Source of the DNA: a virus
Taxonomy: Duplodnaviria; Caudoviricetes
IMG/VR virus record: IMGVR_UViG_3300044448_000851
Coordinates: 1 to 25,061 of that record
Length of the DNA: 25,061 nt
Strand: one strand, 5' to 3'
The translations under genes were made by a program, and so were the position numbers. Below the pieces are notes generated by a model. That model did not search any database, was not told the origin of the DNA, and saw only the letters and a program-made list of their open reading frames with translations. This document shows, one piece after another, positions 7,966 to 16,322 of the stretch; within the stretch, counting starts at the first letter, position 1; every line of letters starts with the position of its first letter.

Positions 7966-9092
7966 TAGATCGTGCCCTCGCTGCCGTCGATGCTACCCGC
8001 CACGGCCTTGGTCAGCGTCACGCCCGACGCCACCTTAATAGCGAACCCGGGCTGGCCGAACCCCGCCGTGCTGTCGCTTGCTGCGCTGCCAGCTTGGCCA
8101 GGGTCGCCGCCTGCTCCGCCTGTGCCCGCTGGCGCTCCGTTGCTGGTGCCGCCGCCCTCGCCCGCATGGTTGAGGAAGCCCGCTAGGCCGTCGCCACCTG
8201 AGCCAAACCCTTGGTTGGTTGGGAAGCCGCCCGCTGGGCCAGCCACGCCCTTGCGGTGGCCAGCTCCGCCGCCGCCTCCGGGTCCGCTGATAGCTCCGAC
8301 AGCACTGCCGCCGCTGCCGCCGCCGCCGCCGCCCTGCACGCGCCCGTAGTTGTACAGCACGGTGTTGGTTCGCACGTATAGGCCATCGCCACCGATGCCG
8401 CCCACGGTGACGCTGCCGACTGTTGGCGAGCTCGGCGTGCCGCCTGTGATCGGTTGCCCGGTGCCACCCTGCCCGCCACGGCCTGCGATATAGCCGTTGG
8501 CCAGCACGGTCAGGATGATCACGCTGCCCGCTGGAAAGGTGCCCGTGTCCAGAGCTGGCAGGCTAGTGCCGTTGCCACCGACTGCGCCAACCGTGGCAGC
8601 TCCTTGCGGGCCGACGAAGACGTTGACGCGCACCGGGTTGGTGCCCGCATATCCGAGGTCGTCGCACATCGTGCGGATGTTGGCGTCGAGGTTCACACCC
8701 GGGCCGAACTCGATCGTGAACTCGTCCACCGTGATCGTCTGCGCGGCGCTGAACGAGGCCGTGCCTACCTCGACTACCTGCCAAACGCCTGCCTGCGTGC
8801 TGTTGTCTACGAGGTAGAAGTGCGCGACCTCGTGGTTGTTCATCGTCAACAGCGCGCCGCTCGCGTTGTCTTTGATAATGACGCTGCCAGAGCCGCCCTC
8901 GTTGTTGCAGATCGTGTACAGCGGCCCGCCTGTAGTCAGCAGCCGCGCGTCGGGCATTGTCAGGACGCCGCTGTCGTTGGTGTTGTAGATGAAACGCGCC
9001 GCGCCAGGCACGCCCGACGGCAGCGGCAGGTTGCTTGTGCCCGTTGGCGTATACGTCCCGCCCCACATCTCTTCGACAGCCGTGCGCGCCAC
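7965..9092 (-). CDS. Glycine-rich tail adhesin candidate (T-even gp38-like polyglycine domain)
   Basis: Probable GTG start at 9092 (TAGTG overlap); the track start is 9107. The C-terminal half has IAGRGGQGG...GG.GG...NYGRVQGGGGGGSGG...GGGGGAG motifs. Confidence 0.75.
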   Translation of the reverse strand: MARTAVEEMWGGTYTPTGTSNLPLPSGVPGAARFIYNTNDSGVLTMPDARLLTTGGPLYTICNNEGGSGSVIIKDNASGALLTMNNHEVAHFYLVDNSTQAGVWQVVEVGTASFSAAQTITVDEFTIEFGPGVNLDANIRTMCDDLGYAGTNPVRVNVFVGPQGAATVGAVGGNGTSLPALDTGTFPAGSVIILTVLANGYIAGRGGQGGTGQPITGGTPSSPTVGSVTVGGIGGDGLYVRTNTVLYNYGRVQGGGGGGSGGSAVGAISGPGGGGGAGHRKGVAGPAGGFPTNQGFGSGGDGLAGFLNHAGEGGGTSNGAPAGTGGAGGDPGQAGSAASDSTAGFGQPGFAIKVASGVTLTKAVAGSIDGSEGTI

Positions 9093-10045
9093 TAGTAGAC
9101 CACCCACGTCGCCGTTGTGCTGCCTCGAGCCAGCGCCACGGTTTTGGTGCTGCCTGCGCTGATGGCGCTGCCGACGTTGGTGCCAGACTCGTCTACCAGT
9201 TGAAGCGTGCCCGACGAGCCAGTCTTGCAGTGGATGACGAAGATCTGCCCGCCGCCAGGAATGCGCGACACGGGCGGCAGGTAGACGTTCAGCGCAGAGC
9301 CGGGCGTGAAGCTGTGAAACATGCCACCGTTAAGCCGCAGCGTCTGCGTGACGGTCACCGCTCCGTGGTCTGTAGCTCCGCCTGCGAACCATCGCTCCGG
9401 CTGCTCGACCTCGCCCAGCACCTCGACGCAATCGAGCTGCGGGATGTCCCAGATCTGGTAGCCGCTCGCTTGCAGTTGCATGAACGCATCGACCTCGCTG
9501 GCAAAGCGCACAGGAACGTCGAACTGGCAACCCGCGCGGATGACCTGCCCAGCGGTTGGCGCGCTGCTCATAACCACCTCGCCGTTGCTCGAGACCGAGA
9601 AGGCCGACGAGCTCGCGCCGTCTACGCTGACCACGACCGTGCCGCTGACCGGCAGCGATAGGGTGCGCTGGTAGGGTGCGCTGCCGCTGCTGTCGTAGAC
9701 CTTGATCAGTTGAAACGTGGTCTCGGTGCCGTCGCCCGTGCCGATAATCACGTCGGCATTGGTGGCCGCGCTGATGCCGTCGGCGTGCGTGGTGTAGTCG
9801 GCCCAGTCCTTGATCTTAAAGCTGTGCAAGCTGCCGCGACGACCTAGGCCGAACGCTTTGATCGCCTGCGCTTCTGTGGCCGTCTGTAGCGCCTTGCGTA
9901 GACGGAAGCGATGGCGACCCTGCGCCTGCCGCGCCACGCGGAACTCGTGGCCGCTGGCGGTCTCCTGAATGATCGTGGAGAAGCCCGCGCCGCTGATCGC
10001 TTGATACTCAAAGCCGTCCGGCAGGGATACGTCGTGAAATGCCAT
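9092..10045 (-). CDS. Distal tail protein (DUF2460/TIGR02217) with ~100-aa C-terminal extension
   Basis: MAFHDV.LP, SG.E.R, RRG.LH.F..KDW.DY, GTGDG..T.FQL.K.Y and AG..FDVPVRF are DUF2460 signatures. Confidence 0.92.
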   Translation of the reverse strand: MAFHDVSLPDGFEYQAISGAGFSTIIQETASGHEFRVARQAQGRHRFRLRKALQTATEAQAIKAFGLGRRGSLHSFKIKDWADYTTHADGISAATNADVIIGTGDGTETTFQLIKVYDSSGSAPYQRTLSLPVSGTVVVSVDGASSSAFSVSSNGEVVMSSAPTAGQVIRAGCQFDVPVRFASEVDAFMQLQASGYQIWDIPQLDCVEVLGEVEQPERWFAGGATDHGAVTVTQTLRLNGGMFHSFTPGSALNVYLPPVSRIPGGGQIFVIHCKTGSSGTLQLVDESGTNVGSAISAGSTKTVALARGSTTATWVVY

Positions 10046-11377
10046 CTATGGTCCTTGGCCCGGCACGGCCATGTTGTCGACTGTGCCTTGTGTTTGCGTT
10101 GCCCCGAACGCTGCGCCGCCTAGCTGGCTGAACACGCGCTGCGCGCCCATCTGCGCGAACATCCGCACCAGCTCGGCCAGGGCCTGCTTGGCGGTCATTG
10201 TGCCCTCGGCCACGCGGAAGAATGCGTCGCCGATCGTCTGGCCGAACATCTCGCCCTGCGCGATGAGCTCCTGCATGTTGGCCTTGGCTGCCTCGGCTTG
10301 TGCGTTCTGGAACTCGAACGTGCCAGGGTCGCCCGCCTGTCGCATCAGCATCGCGCCTGTGCCGTAGCTCTCGCCGTATCGCACGCCGCCGCGCACAAAC
10401 GGCCCTTCCGCCGCTGTAGGTCCGAAGGTCACGCCAGAGTCAACGCGCTGCGGGCTGTAGGCTGGCAGCGGGAATGCCAAGGGCGGCACAGTCTGCCCGC
10501 CGATTGTTCCTGTCGTTTCGAGCGTTTTGGCTTCGATCGAGAATTGCTTGTACAAAGCGCGCAGTATCGCTTGCACGGCTTCCGGCGGCACTTGTGTCTG
10601 CGCGAACGACGGAGCCATGACCGGAGCGGTAGCCCCTTGCAGTCCGGGGATGACCCGCGTCTCGCCAGTGGGTCGCAAGGCTGGCGTGGGCAGTGGCACC
10701 TGCAAGCCGCGCTGCATGGCCAACAGCTCGCCAATACTGCGGCCCGTTGCGCCTGCCATTTGTTCGTAGGTGCCTCCTTGGGCCATGACGTTCGCAGCTT
10801 CGCGAATAACGTTTTTAGCTTGTCCGGCTTCTGTTTGCTGTCCAAGGCCCAGCAATTCGGCACCTTGACGGCTGAGCTGCACCTTTCGCATCGAATCGGC
10901 TAGCCGCTCAAACTCGTCGGCGGTCTCCTCCGTCTCAGACCCAAATATAGCCATGAACGACGCAGCGCCTGCCAGCACCGTGGCGATCGTCATCAGCGGG
11001 TGTGCCTTCATGATCCCGCCAAGCTTGGTGAAGACGCTAGTCGCGCCGCCCGTGGCGCTGGTCACGCCCTTCATGTCTTCCTTAAAGCGTCCCAAGTCGA
11101 GCAGCGCTTGAGATGCCGCGAACGCAGCCATGGCAGAGTTGCCCGAGCGGAACCCGCTAGCCATGCCCTCGAGGCCGTGCGTGATGGCAAGCCCGCCGCC
11201 GGTCGCGGCAAACGCCGCCGACATGTTGTGGCCGGCCTGCTGGCCAGACCGGCCCATCTGCTCGACCTCGCGCTCGGTGCGGTCGGCCTTCTTAGCCGTC
11301 TCGTCTAGCGCCCTGTTGGCTTGCTGCAGGTTTGTCGTCAGCCCCCGCGTGTCGGCCCCGATCTCGATTATGGGCAT
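10046..11377 (-). CDS. Tape measure protein (short, 443 aa)
   Basis: Lies between the tail chaperones and Dit. N-terminus ADTRGL...LQQA..AL, Ala/Gly-rich helices, and a hydrophobic HPLMTIATVLAGAASF segment. Confidence 0.8.
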   Translation of the reverse strand: MPIIEIGADTRGLTTNLQQANRALDETAKKADRTEREVEQMGRSGQQAGHNMSAAFAATGGGLAITHGLEGMASGFRSGNSAMAAFAASQALLDLGRFKEDMKGVTSATGGATSVFTKLGGIMKAHPLMTIATVLAGAASFMAIFGSETEETADEFERLADSMRKVQLSRQGAELLGLGQQTEAGQAKNVIREAANVMAQGGTYEQMAGATGRSIGELLAMQRGLQVPLPTPALRPTGETRVIPGLQGATAPVMAPSFAQTQVPPEAVQAILRALYKQFSIEAKTLETTGTIGGQTVPPLAFPLPAYSPQRVDSGVTFGPTAAEGPFVRGGVRYGESYGTGAMLMRQAGDPGTFEFQNAQAEAAKANMQELIAQGEMFGQTIGDAFFRVAEGTMTAKQALAELVRMFAQMGAQRVFSQLGGAAFGATQTQGTVDNMAVPGQGP

Positions 11378-11729
11378 CTCTGCGGCTCCTCTTGTCCTGC
11401 CGTTGTTCGGCGTTGTGTGCCAGCCATGTGCAGTCGAGCGCCCTTAGCAAACGGCACAGGCGCAGGCGCTGGTCGCCCGTATAGCCCGCGTCCTCGGCGT
11501 AGCTGCTCAGGTCCGACCACGGCAACCCGCCTGCCGACATGCCTACGGGTCGGCCTATGCTCACAAGCTGCCAGGCATCCCAGACTGGCTGCAAGTCCGG
11601 CCACAAGCTGGGCCGCTGCTTCCAGGCAGTCGGCAAGGGCTTCTTGTTGCGTTGTCTCCATTCTGCCAGCCTGCGTAGGTATTTCTCGTTCTGCCCGTGT
11701 CGCAGGTGCCACCGCAGAACGTCCGTCAG
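11292..11729 (-). CDS. Tail assembly chaperone T segment (expressed as GT fusion via -1 frameshift)
   Basis: The -1 frame opens at the slippery site: LTDVLRWHLRHGQNEKYL...VWDAWQLVSIGRPVGMSAGGLPWSDLSSYA...LLRALD, a typical gpT-like motif. No good independent start is visible. Confidence 0.8.
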   Translation of the reverse strand: MTDVLRWHLRHGQNEKYLRRLAEWRQRNKKPLPTAWKQRPSLWPDLQPVWDAWQLVSIGRPVGMSAGGLPWSDLSSYAEDAGYTGDQRLRLCRLLRALDCTWLAHNAEQRQDKRSRRDAHNRDRGRHAGADDKPAASQQGARRDG

Positions 11730-12181
11730 TTTCCCGCCGAATCGGCCTCCACGCGCACCAGCGCCGCCTCACGTTGGCTGCATTGGATCAGCACGAAGTC
11801 GAGCAGGTTGCGGAAGGTGCGATCGGCTAGCAGCTCGGCGGCTTTCGCTTGGCTGTAGCCCACCACGTCGCCCTTGAAGGAGATGTTTTGCCAGTCGCGC
11901 ACGACCGTCGCGGCCAGCGCCTTGGCGCTTGTGCGAAGTTGCAGCCGCTCGAGCTCGTCGGCTGGCGTGTCGCTGTCGCGCATCTTGTCGCGATACGGCT
12001 CCTGCTCACGCTCGAGCTGGCGCTGGTAGGCCACGCCCATCGGCACCAACAGGATGGCGGCGTCGTCGGCCTCGGGCTGGTCTACCTGCTGCCCTGATAG
12101 CTGGCCGTCGCGCACAGACAAGCGCCACCAGATGCCGCCGTCGAGCTTGTCGGCGTCCAGTTGGATGCTCTGCAGATCCAC
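11726..12181 (-). CDS. Tail assembly chaperone G (151 aa)
   Basis: Restarted at GTG 12181 (TAGTG overlap with the tail tube stop). Contains the G.W and VVRDW.NI...G..V.YS...A..LL motifs and ends AGN* at the slippery site. Confidence 0.85.
   Translation of the reverse strand: MDLQSIQLDADKLDGGIWWRLSVRDGQLSGQQVDQPEADDAAILLVPMGVAYQRQLEREQEPYRDKMRDSDTPADELERLQLRTSAKALAATVVRDWQNISFKGDVVGYSQAKAAELLADRTFRNLLDFVLIQCSQREAALVRVEADSAGN
11729..11735 (-). other. Programmed -1 ribosomal frameshift heptamer G GGA AAC
   Basis: In-frame X XXY YYZ heptamer immediately before the TGA of the chaperone G gene. It is analogous to lambda G-T GGGAAAG. Confidence 0.85.
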
Positions 12182-13359
12182 TATGCCCACCTCTGCATGC
12201 GAACCGTGCAACTCTCGGTGCTGTTTAGCGTTGCCTGGAAGCTGACGCTGGTCATGGTGTCGGTGTTGCTGCCGCTGACGTCTGCGCCCGCGTCGCTGAA
12301 CTTGACCGTCGGCAAGCTGAAGCTGTAGCCGCGCGAGTTGGCGTCGATCAGCGCAAACCACATCGCGCCAGTCGTGTTGTCGGCGTATGCCTTCATCTCG
12401 GCGAAGTCCTCAAAGTAAGCCTCGAACGACCCGGTGACGTTGAACTCGCCCTGCCGCATGCTCTGCGCGCCCAGCTTGCCTAGCTCGGTGCGCGCCATCA
12501 CGTTGTTGTTGATGTTCAGCGAGACCGATTTGGCTGGGAAGCTGGTTCCTGCGCTGCGAATCTCTGGCACGCTCAGGCTGTCGAGCACAGGGTGCGCGGT
12601 CGCGTCGGCGTAGGTGGCGCTGGCGATAAACTGGTCCGTGCCAAGGTCGGTATCCTGGAACGTGCTATTCGCTGCTTCGAACGTCAGCGTGCCCGTCACG
12701 ATGGCCTCGTCGGCGATTGTCAGGTCCAGCGAGTTGACCACGCAGCCCGTGAAGATCTGCGCTTTGTCTACGTCTAAGCGCGCGACCTCGATGGTGAAGC
12801 TGTCCTCTGCCGTGCCGTTAGTGCGGCGCGCGGCTCGCGTGATGGACACGCTCGAGCTGTCGGCGGTGAAGTTGGCGTCGGCCTCAACGGTAATCTTGGT
12901 GGCCGTGACCGTGGTCACCTTGTAGTAGCCTGCGTTACTTCCGGCGTCGCTAGTAACGTACACGATGTCCCCAACCACCACGCGATCGTTAGTGCGTGGA
13001 TCGGTAGTGACTGTGATCTCCTTGTTGCTTCCGGCCAGCGTGACGCCAGAGCTGTCGGTGTAGGCGACGTTATTGCCGGTCTCGACGCCGCACATGGTCG
13101 CGCCCAGCAGTAGCTCGAGAGCATCGCCCGTGGGGCTGAACATCAGCTCGATCGGGATGGTGCCCGCCGCGCTCTTGCTCAGGCGCACAAGCTCCTCAAC
13201 GTTGCGGTCGTCGTTGATGATGTTGCTCTGCGTGTAGCCCACGCGGTCGCGCATGGATTGGCCCGTGACCGAGAGCACCTTCATGGCAGGGCTGCTAGGC
13301 GTAGTGCCGAAAGTGCTCTCCTTGATGATGGAGACGCGCAGGCGGTTGGAATCGCTCAT
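12181..13359 (-). CDS. Major tail tube protein (Phage_tube_2-like) with inserted beta domain
   Basis: Contains ESTFGTTP, SFTIE, FTGCVVNSL.L, G.FNVTGSFEAYFED and YSFSLP.VKF. Its position after the tail terminator agrees. Confidence 0.88.
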   Translation of the reverse strand: MSDSNRLRVSIIKESTFGTTPSSPAMKVLSVTGQSMRDRVGYTQSNIINDDRNVEELVRLSKSAAGTIPIELMFSPTGDALELLLGATMCGVETGNNVAYTDSSGVTLAGSNKEITVTTDPRTNDRVVVGDIVYVTSDAGSNAGYYKVTTVTATKITVEADANFTADSSSVSITRAARRTNGTAEDSFTIEVARLDVDKAQIFTGCVVNSLDLTIADEAIVTGTLTFEAANSTFQDTDLGTDQFIASATYADATAHPVLDSLSVPEIRSAGTSFPAKSVSLNINNNVMARTELGKLGAQSMRQGEFNVTGSFEAYFEDFAEMKAYADNTTGAMWFALIDANSRGYSFSLPTVKFSDAGADVSGSNTDTMTSVSFQATLNSTESCTVRMQRWA

Positions 13360-13769
13360 GGTTGGATATCAGCTCGGAATGGGATGTCGACGGTGCGGAT
13401 GCACCACGCATCTGCTTGGTCTGCGGTGCCGATGACGCCCGGCGGCGGTGTGAAGACGATGTCGGGCGAAGTCAGGCGCACGCCACGAAATGCGGTAACG
13501 ACAGCGTCCGCCAGCGTGATGCTAGCGCCGTCGCCCTTGGCGATAGGGACGAACAGCCGCGCGGTCGCCGTGCCCGTCAGGCGGTAGCGGACCGTGCCCA
13601 TGCTGATCTGCTCCTGGTTGTCGATCGACACCATGAAGCGGCACCAGCTCGCTGAGATGCTCGACGGCTCTGGGCCGTTGTCATAGACCACGTCGATGCT
13701 CTGCCCGGTGCCGATCTGCGTGGCAAAGCGCGAGCGGATGGCCTGGAAAACGGCGGCTTGGCTGGTCAT
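13356..13769 (-). CDS. Tail terminator protein
   Basis: Contains V.YDN, W.R..V, G.....LFVP...G......LAD.V...FRG and V.IPF. It lies directly before the tail tube. Confidence 0.8.
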   Translation of the reverse strand: MTSQAAVFQAIRSRFATQIGTGQSIDVVYDNGPEPSSISASWCRFMVSIDNQEQISMGTVRYRLTGTATARLFVPIAKGDGASITLADAVVTAFRGVRLTSPDIVFTPPPGVIGTADQADAWCIRTVDIPFRADIQP

Positions 13770-14239
13770 CGCACCCGCCTGTATTTGCGTCGGATCATCC
13801 GCACGGTGTCGCGCACGATCGTGCCCTCTGGTGCGCTCTTGCTGTGGCCATCCTCGAGCCTCTGCATGTAGGGCAGCAGGTTGGACACGTAGCCGATCAT
13901 CGGCTTGTCGATCTGTGCAACACGCCGCAGGCCGCGATCAATGGTTTGCTGGCCGCGTGCATCGCGCCCGTCGACCTCGTTAGCGGGTCGCCTGTTGAGC
14001 GTCACCTGCCAATTCTTGCGCGCGTGCCCGCCCACGTATCCCTTGGGCAGCGGCGGCAGTCCGCGCCCTGCGCGCTCGATGTTGCGCTTCCACCGCTTCC
14101 GGTTGCCCACGGGCGTGCGCTGCACGACCTGCGTGAGCACCTCGGACAGGATGCGCTTTTGCAGCTTGATGGCACGCCCGAGGATCTCTTCTTCGGCGAA
14201 CTCCTCGAGCTCTTTGCGGAACTGCGCGGCGTCAGCCAT
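13766..14239 (-). CDS. HK97 gp10-like tail-completion/neck protein
   Basis: Contains RTPVG, G.AR.NWQV, SNLLPYM.RLE.GHSK.AP.G.V. Confidence 0.85.
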   Translation of the reverse strand: MADAAQFRKELEEFAEEEILGRAIKLQKRILSEVLTQVVQRTPVGNRKRWKRNIERAGRGLPPLPKGYVGGHARKNWQVTLNRRPANEVDGRDARGQQTIDRGLRRVAQIDKPMIGYVSNLLPYMQRLEDGHSKSAPEGTIVRDTVRMIRRKYRRVR

Positions 14240-14604
14240 CAGGTGCCCACCTCGCCCACGTCGAGCTGATAGCAGACCACGCTGCCCAGCACGCTAAACG
14301 GCTCGCAGGCATAGCAGCTAAACGTGCGCCCGCCAGCCGTGATCCGTGAAGCCACGGTCGGCGTGACGGTCAGCCCGTCGGCGCTCACGTAAAAGGTGGC
14401 GGTGACGCGGACATCGGCACCCGTCTCTGCATATCGCTTTTGATCTGTTACGGGTCCGCCCAACGTCACCACCACCGAGGTCGCACTCTCGGACACGGTG
14501 CCGTTAACGTTGTAGGTGCCGACCGGTACCGTCAGCGTGCCGCTCTGGCCCATCTTGGCGATGGCGCTGGCGGTCTTCGCGCGGAACCGATCGGCCAACG
14601 TCAT
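14239..14604 (-). CDS. Head closure (stopper) protein
   Basis: 121 aa beta-rich protein (I.K.GQ..TL...G.Y...G; P.V..RIT..G..F) between the adaptor and gp10-like genes. Confidence 0.7.
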   Translation of the reverse strand: MTLADRFRAKTASAIAKMGQSGTLTVPVGTYNVNGTVSESATSVVVTLGGPVTDQKRYAETGADVRVTATFYVSADGLTVTPTVASRITAGGRTFSCYACEPFSVLGSVVCYQLDVGEVGT

Positions 14605-15137
14605 CGCGTCACCCGGTGCAGTAGGCCAGCGCCGCCGTCCGTCATCAGGTCGCGGAGCTTGTCGCGCACTTCTGGAAAGTCGGGAGACGTTGTCGCGCTG
14701 CCGATAAAGTCCTCGGAGATGCTGATCGCCCCCACGCTGATCGTGCTGTTCGTCACGTTCCCCTCGCCTGCCTTGACGTCAGGCCGCAGGGATGTGCCCG
14801 CGAGCTCGCGCAGCGCCACCTCGGCGGTCGCGTTAAGCAGCTTGGCCGGCATCTCGTCGTTGTCGTAATACAGCCCCGTGCTCGCATCGACCACGCCGCT
14901 GCGCGGGAAGTCCAACGCCTGCGTGTCGCTGTCGATGACGCCGCGCCAGCGGTTGCCGTAGCGTTCGCTGACGTAGGCAGTCGCGATCCGCAGGGCCTTC
15001 TCCTTGTTCGCCGTGCTCGCGCCCGTCCAGGTAGCGGGCGCGCCGTAGTTGTCGAAGTAGGTGTCGGCGTTGGCCACGCTGACGTAACTGTTCGCGTCGC
15101 TCTTGCCCGTCCCATCTTCCACAACAAACGTCGGCAT
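14601..15137 (-). CDS. Head-tail adaptor (DnaT-like domain family)
   Basis: Contains VVEDGTG..DANSYVSVA.AD.Y, KEKAL..AT.Y and W.G.....QALDFPR. An AGGAG SD lies upstream, and the gene follows the MCP. Confidence 0.88.
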   Translation of the reverse strand: MPTFVVEDGTGKSDANSYVSVANADTYFDNYGAPATWTGASTANKEKALRIATAYVSERYGNRWRGVIDSDTQALDFPRSGVVDASTGLYYDNDEMPAKLLNATAEVALRELAGTSLRPDVKAGEGNVTNSTISVGAISISEDFIGSATTSPDFPEVRDKLRDLMTDGGAGLLHRVTR

Positions 15138-15203
15138 TTTCTACAGCTCCTGGGATTAAGCCCAGCCACGCGAGACCCACGCGCAGCCGGGCAGGTTCCG
15201 GCG

Positions 15204-16322
15204 TTAGCCGATGACCTTGACCACGCCCTCAGGGCGCACGACCTTGGTGCCGTAGAGCGCGTCGATCGACCAGCGATCGCGCTTGTGCTCACGGGTGACC
15301 TCGAGCCGCAGCGACAGGCCCGAGACCGGGTCGCTGATCGTCTGCGACGCGATCGCCGCGTTGCTCGCTTGGAACGGACGCGAGACGAACACGACCGCGT
15401 CGCGGTGAAACGCGACGTTTCCGGTGTTCGTTGCACCCGTGCTGATCAGCGCGATGCTCGCGCCGTCCGCGACGTCTTCCAGCAGACCCTGGTTGAGGGT
15501 GATGCTGGTCACGGTCGAGCCGCCTACGGTGCTTGCGACGCCGTAGTTGTAGCTGCCGATCGTCAGCGTGTCGCCCTCGAGGATGGTGCCCGAGCCGGTG
15601 TCCACCGTGATGGTCTTGTCACCCGCAGACGACGCGCCGTTCAGGTCGTAGTTGGCGTTAGCACCGCCAGCCGTGTGCGTCCGCACGTTCTGCGACATGA
15701 CCCACGCCATGCCCATCTTCTGCTGCAAGCCCACGTCGCCCGACTCGAACGGGAAGCCCGTCACGTAGTCGCCGCTGGTGAACTGCTCAAGCGCCAGCAA
15801 GTTGGCCTCGGCGTCGGTGTCGAACACGCAGAAGCGATCGCCACGCGCGACCTTGTTCTTGTTGAGCAACTTCTGCGGCGCGGTGACGTCGGCGATCGCG
15901 TTAAACACGCTGGCCGATTGATCGTCCGCAAGCCCGTGACCGTTCATGGTGGCCTCGAGAATGTCGGTGTCGATCTTCTCGACGATCGACGCCAGAGCAG
16001 CATCGACGACGCCCGGCAGCTTGTCGCCTTGGACCTCCATCAGATCCTTGTCGGTCATGTAGAACGCGGCCTCGTTCCAGCTCGAAAGCGGGACGTTGAC
16101 CGTGGACAGCGTGATGTCCGACGTGGCCGCAGGCGTTGCCGCAGCAGTCACTGCCGCCGTGGTGATGCTCGGCGGAATCGGGACATCGATCGAGCTGCCA
16201 GGCTGCGCGCCAAGCGTGTCAAAATCGCGGTTGACGAGGCGCGGCATGACGCTGTGCGCTCGCAACTTGGGAAGCATCAGCCCCACAAGCTTGGGGACGA
16301 CGTTGGTAATGGTGTTCGCCAT
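15204..16322 (-). CDS. Major capsid protein (P22 coat protein-like, HK97 fold)
   Basis: Contains MANT, LVNRDF......G.SI.VP.P, G....MSQNV, N.AFHRDA...V.RP and GLSLR......K.....ID.LYG.KV.RPE. Confidence 0.9.
   Translation of the reverse strand: MANTITNVVPKLVGLMLPKLRAHSVMPRLVNRDFDTLGAQPGSSIDVPIPPSITTAAVTAAATPAATSDITLSTVNVPLSSWNEAAFYMTDKDLMEVQGDKLPGVVDAALASIVEKIDTDILEATMNGHGLADDQSASVFNAIADVTAPQKLLNKNKVARGDRFCVFDTDAEANLLALEQFTSGDYVTGFPFESGDVGLQQKMGMAWVMSQNVRTHTAGGANANYDLNGASSAGDKTITVDTGSGTILEGDTLTIGSYNYGVASTVGGSTVTSITLNQGLLEDVADGASIALISTGATNTGNVAFHRDAVVFVSRPFQASNAAIASQTISDPVSGLSLRLEVTREHKRDRWSIDALYGTKVVRPEGVVKVIG

Noticed and set aside
8255-8335. (GCC)n-like repeats
   Set aside because: They are explained by polyglycine codons of the adhesin, not by a CRISPR array or DNA-level repeat.
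3561-10045. Interpretation as a gene transfer agent
   Set aside because: Only the baseplate is RcGTA-like. The head genes, MTase, resolvase and accessory genes indicate a genuine phage.
15138-15203. Short hairpins after the capsid gene as a terminator
   Set aside because: The stems are only 4-5 bp with no U-tract. They may tune adaptor translation (CTGGG/CCCAG abuts the AGGAG SD), but support is weak.
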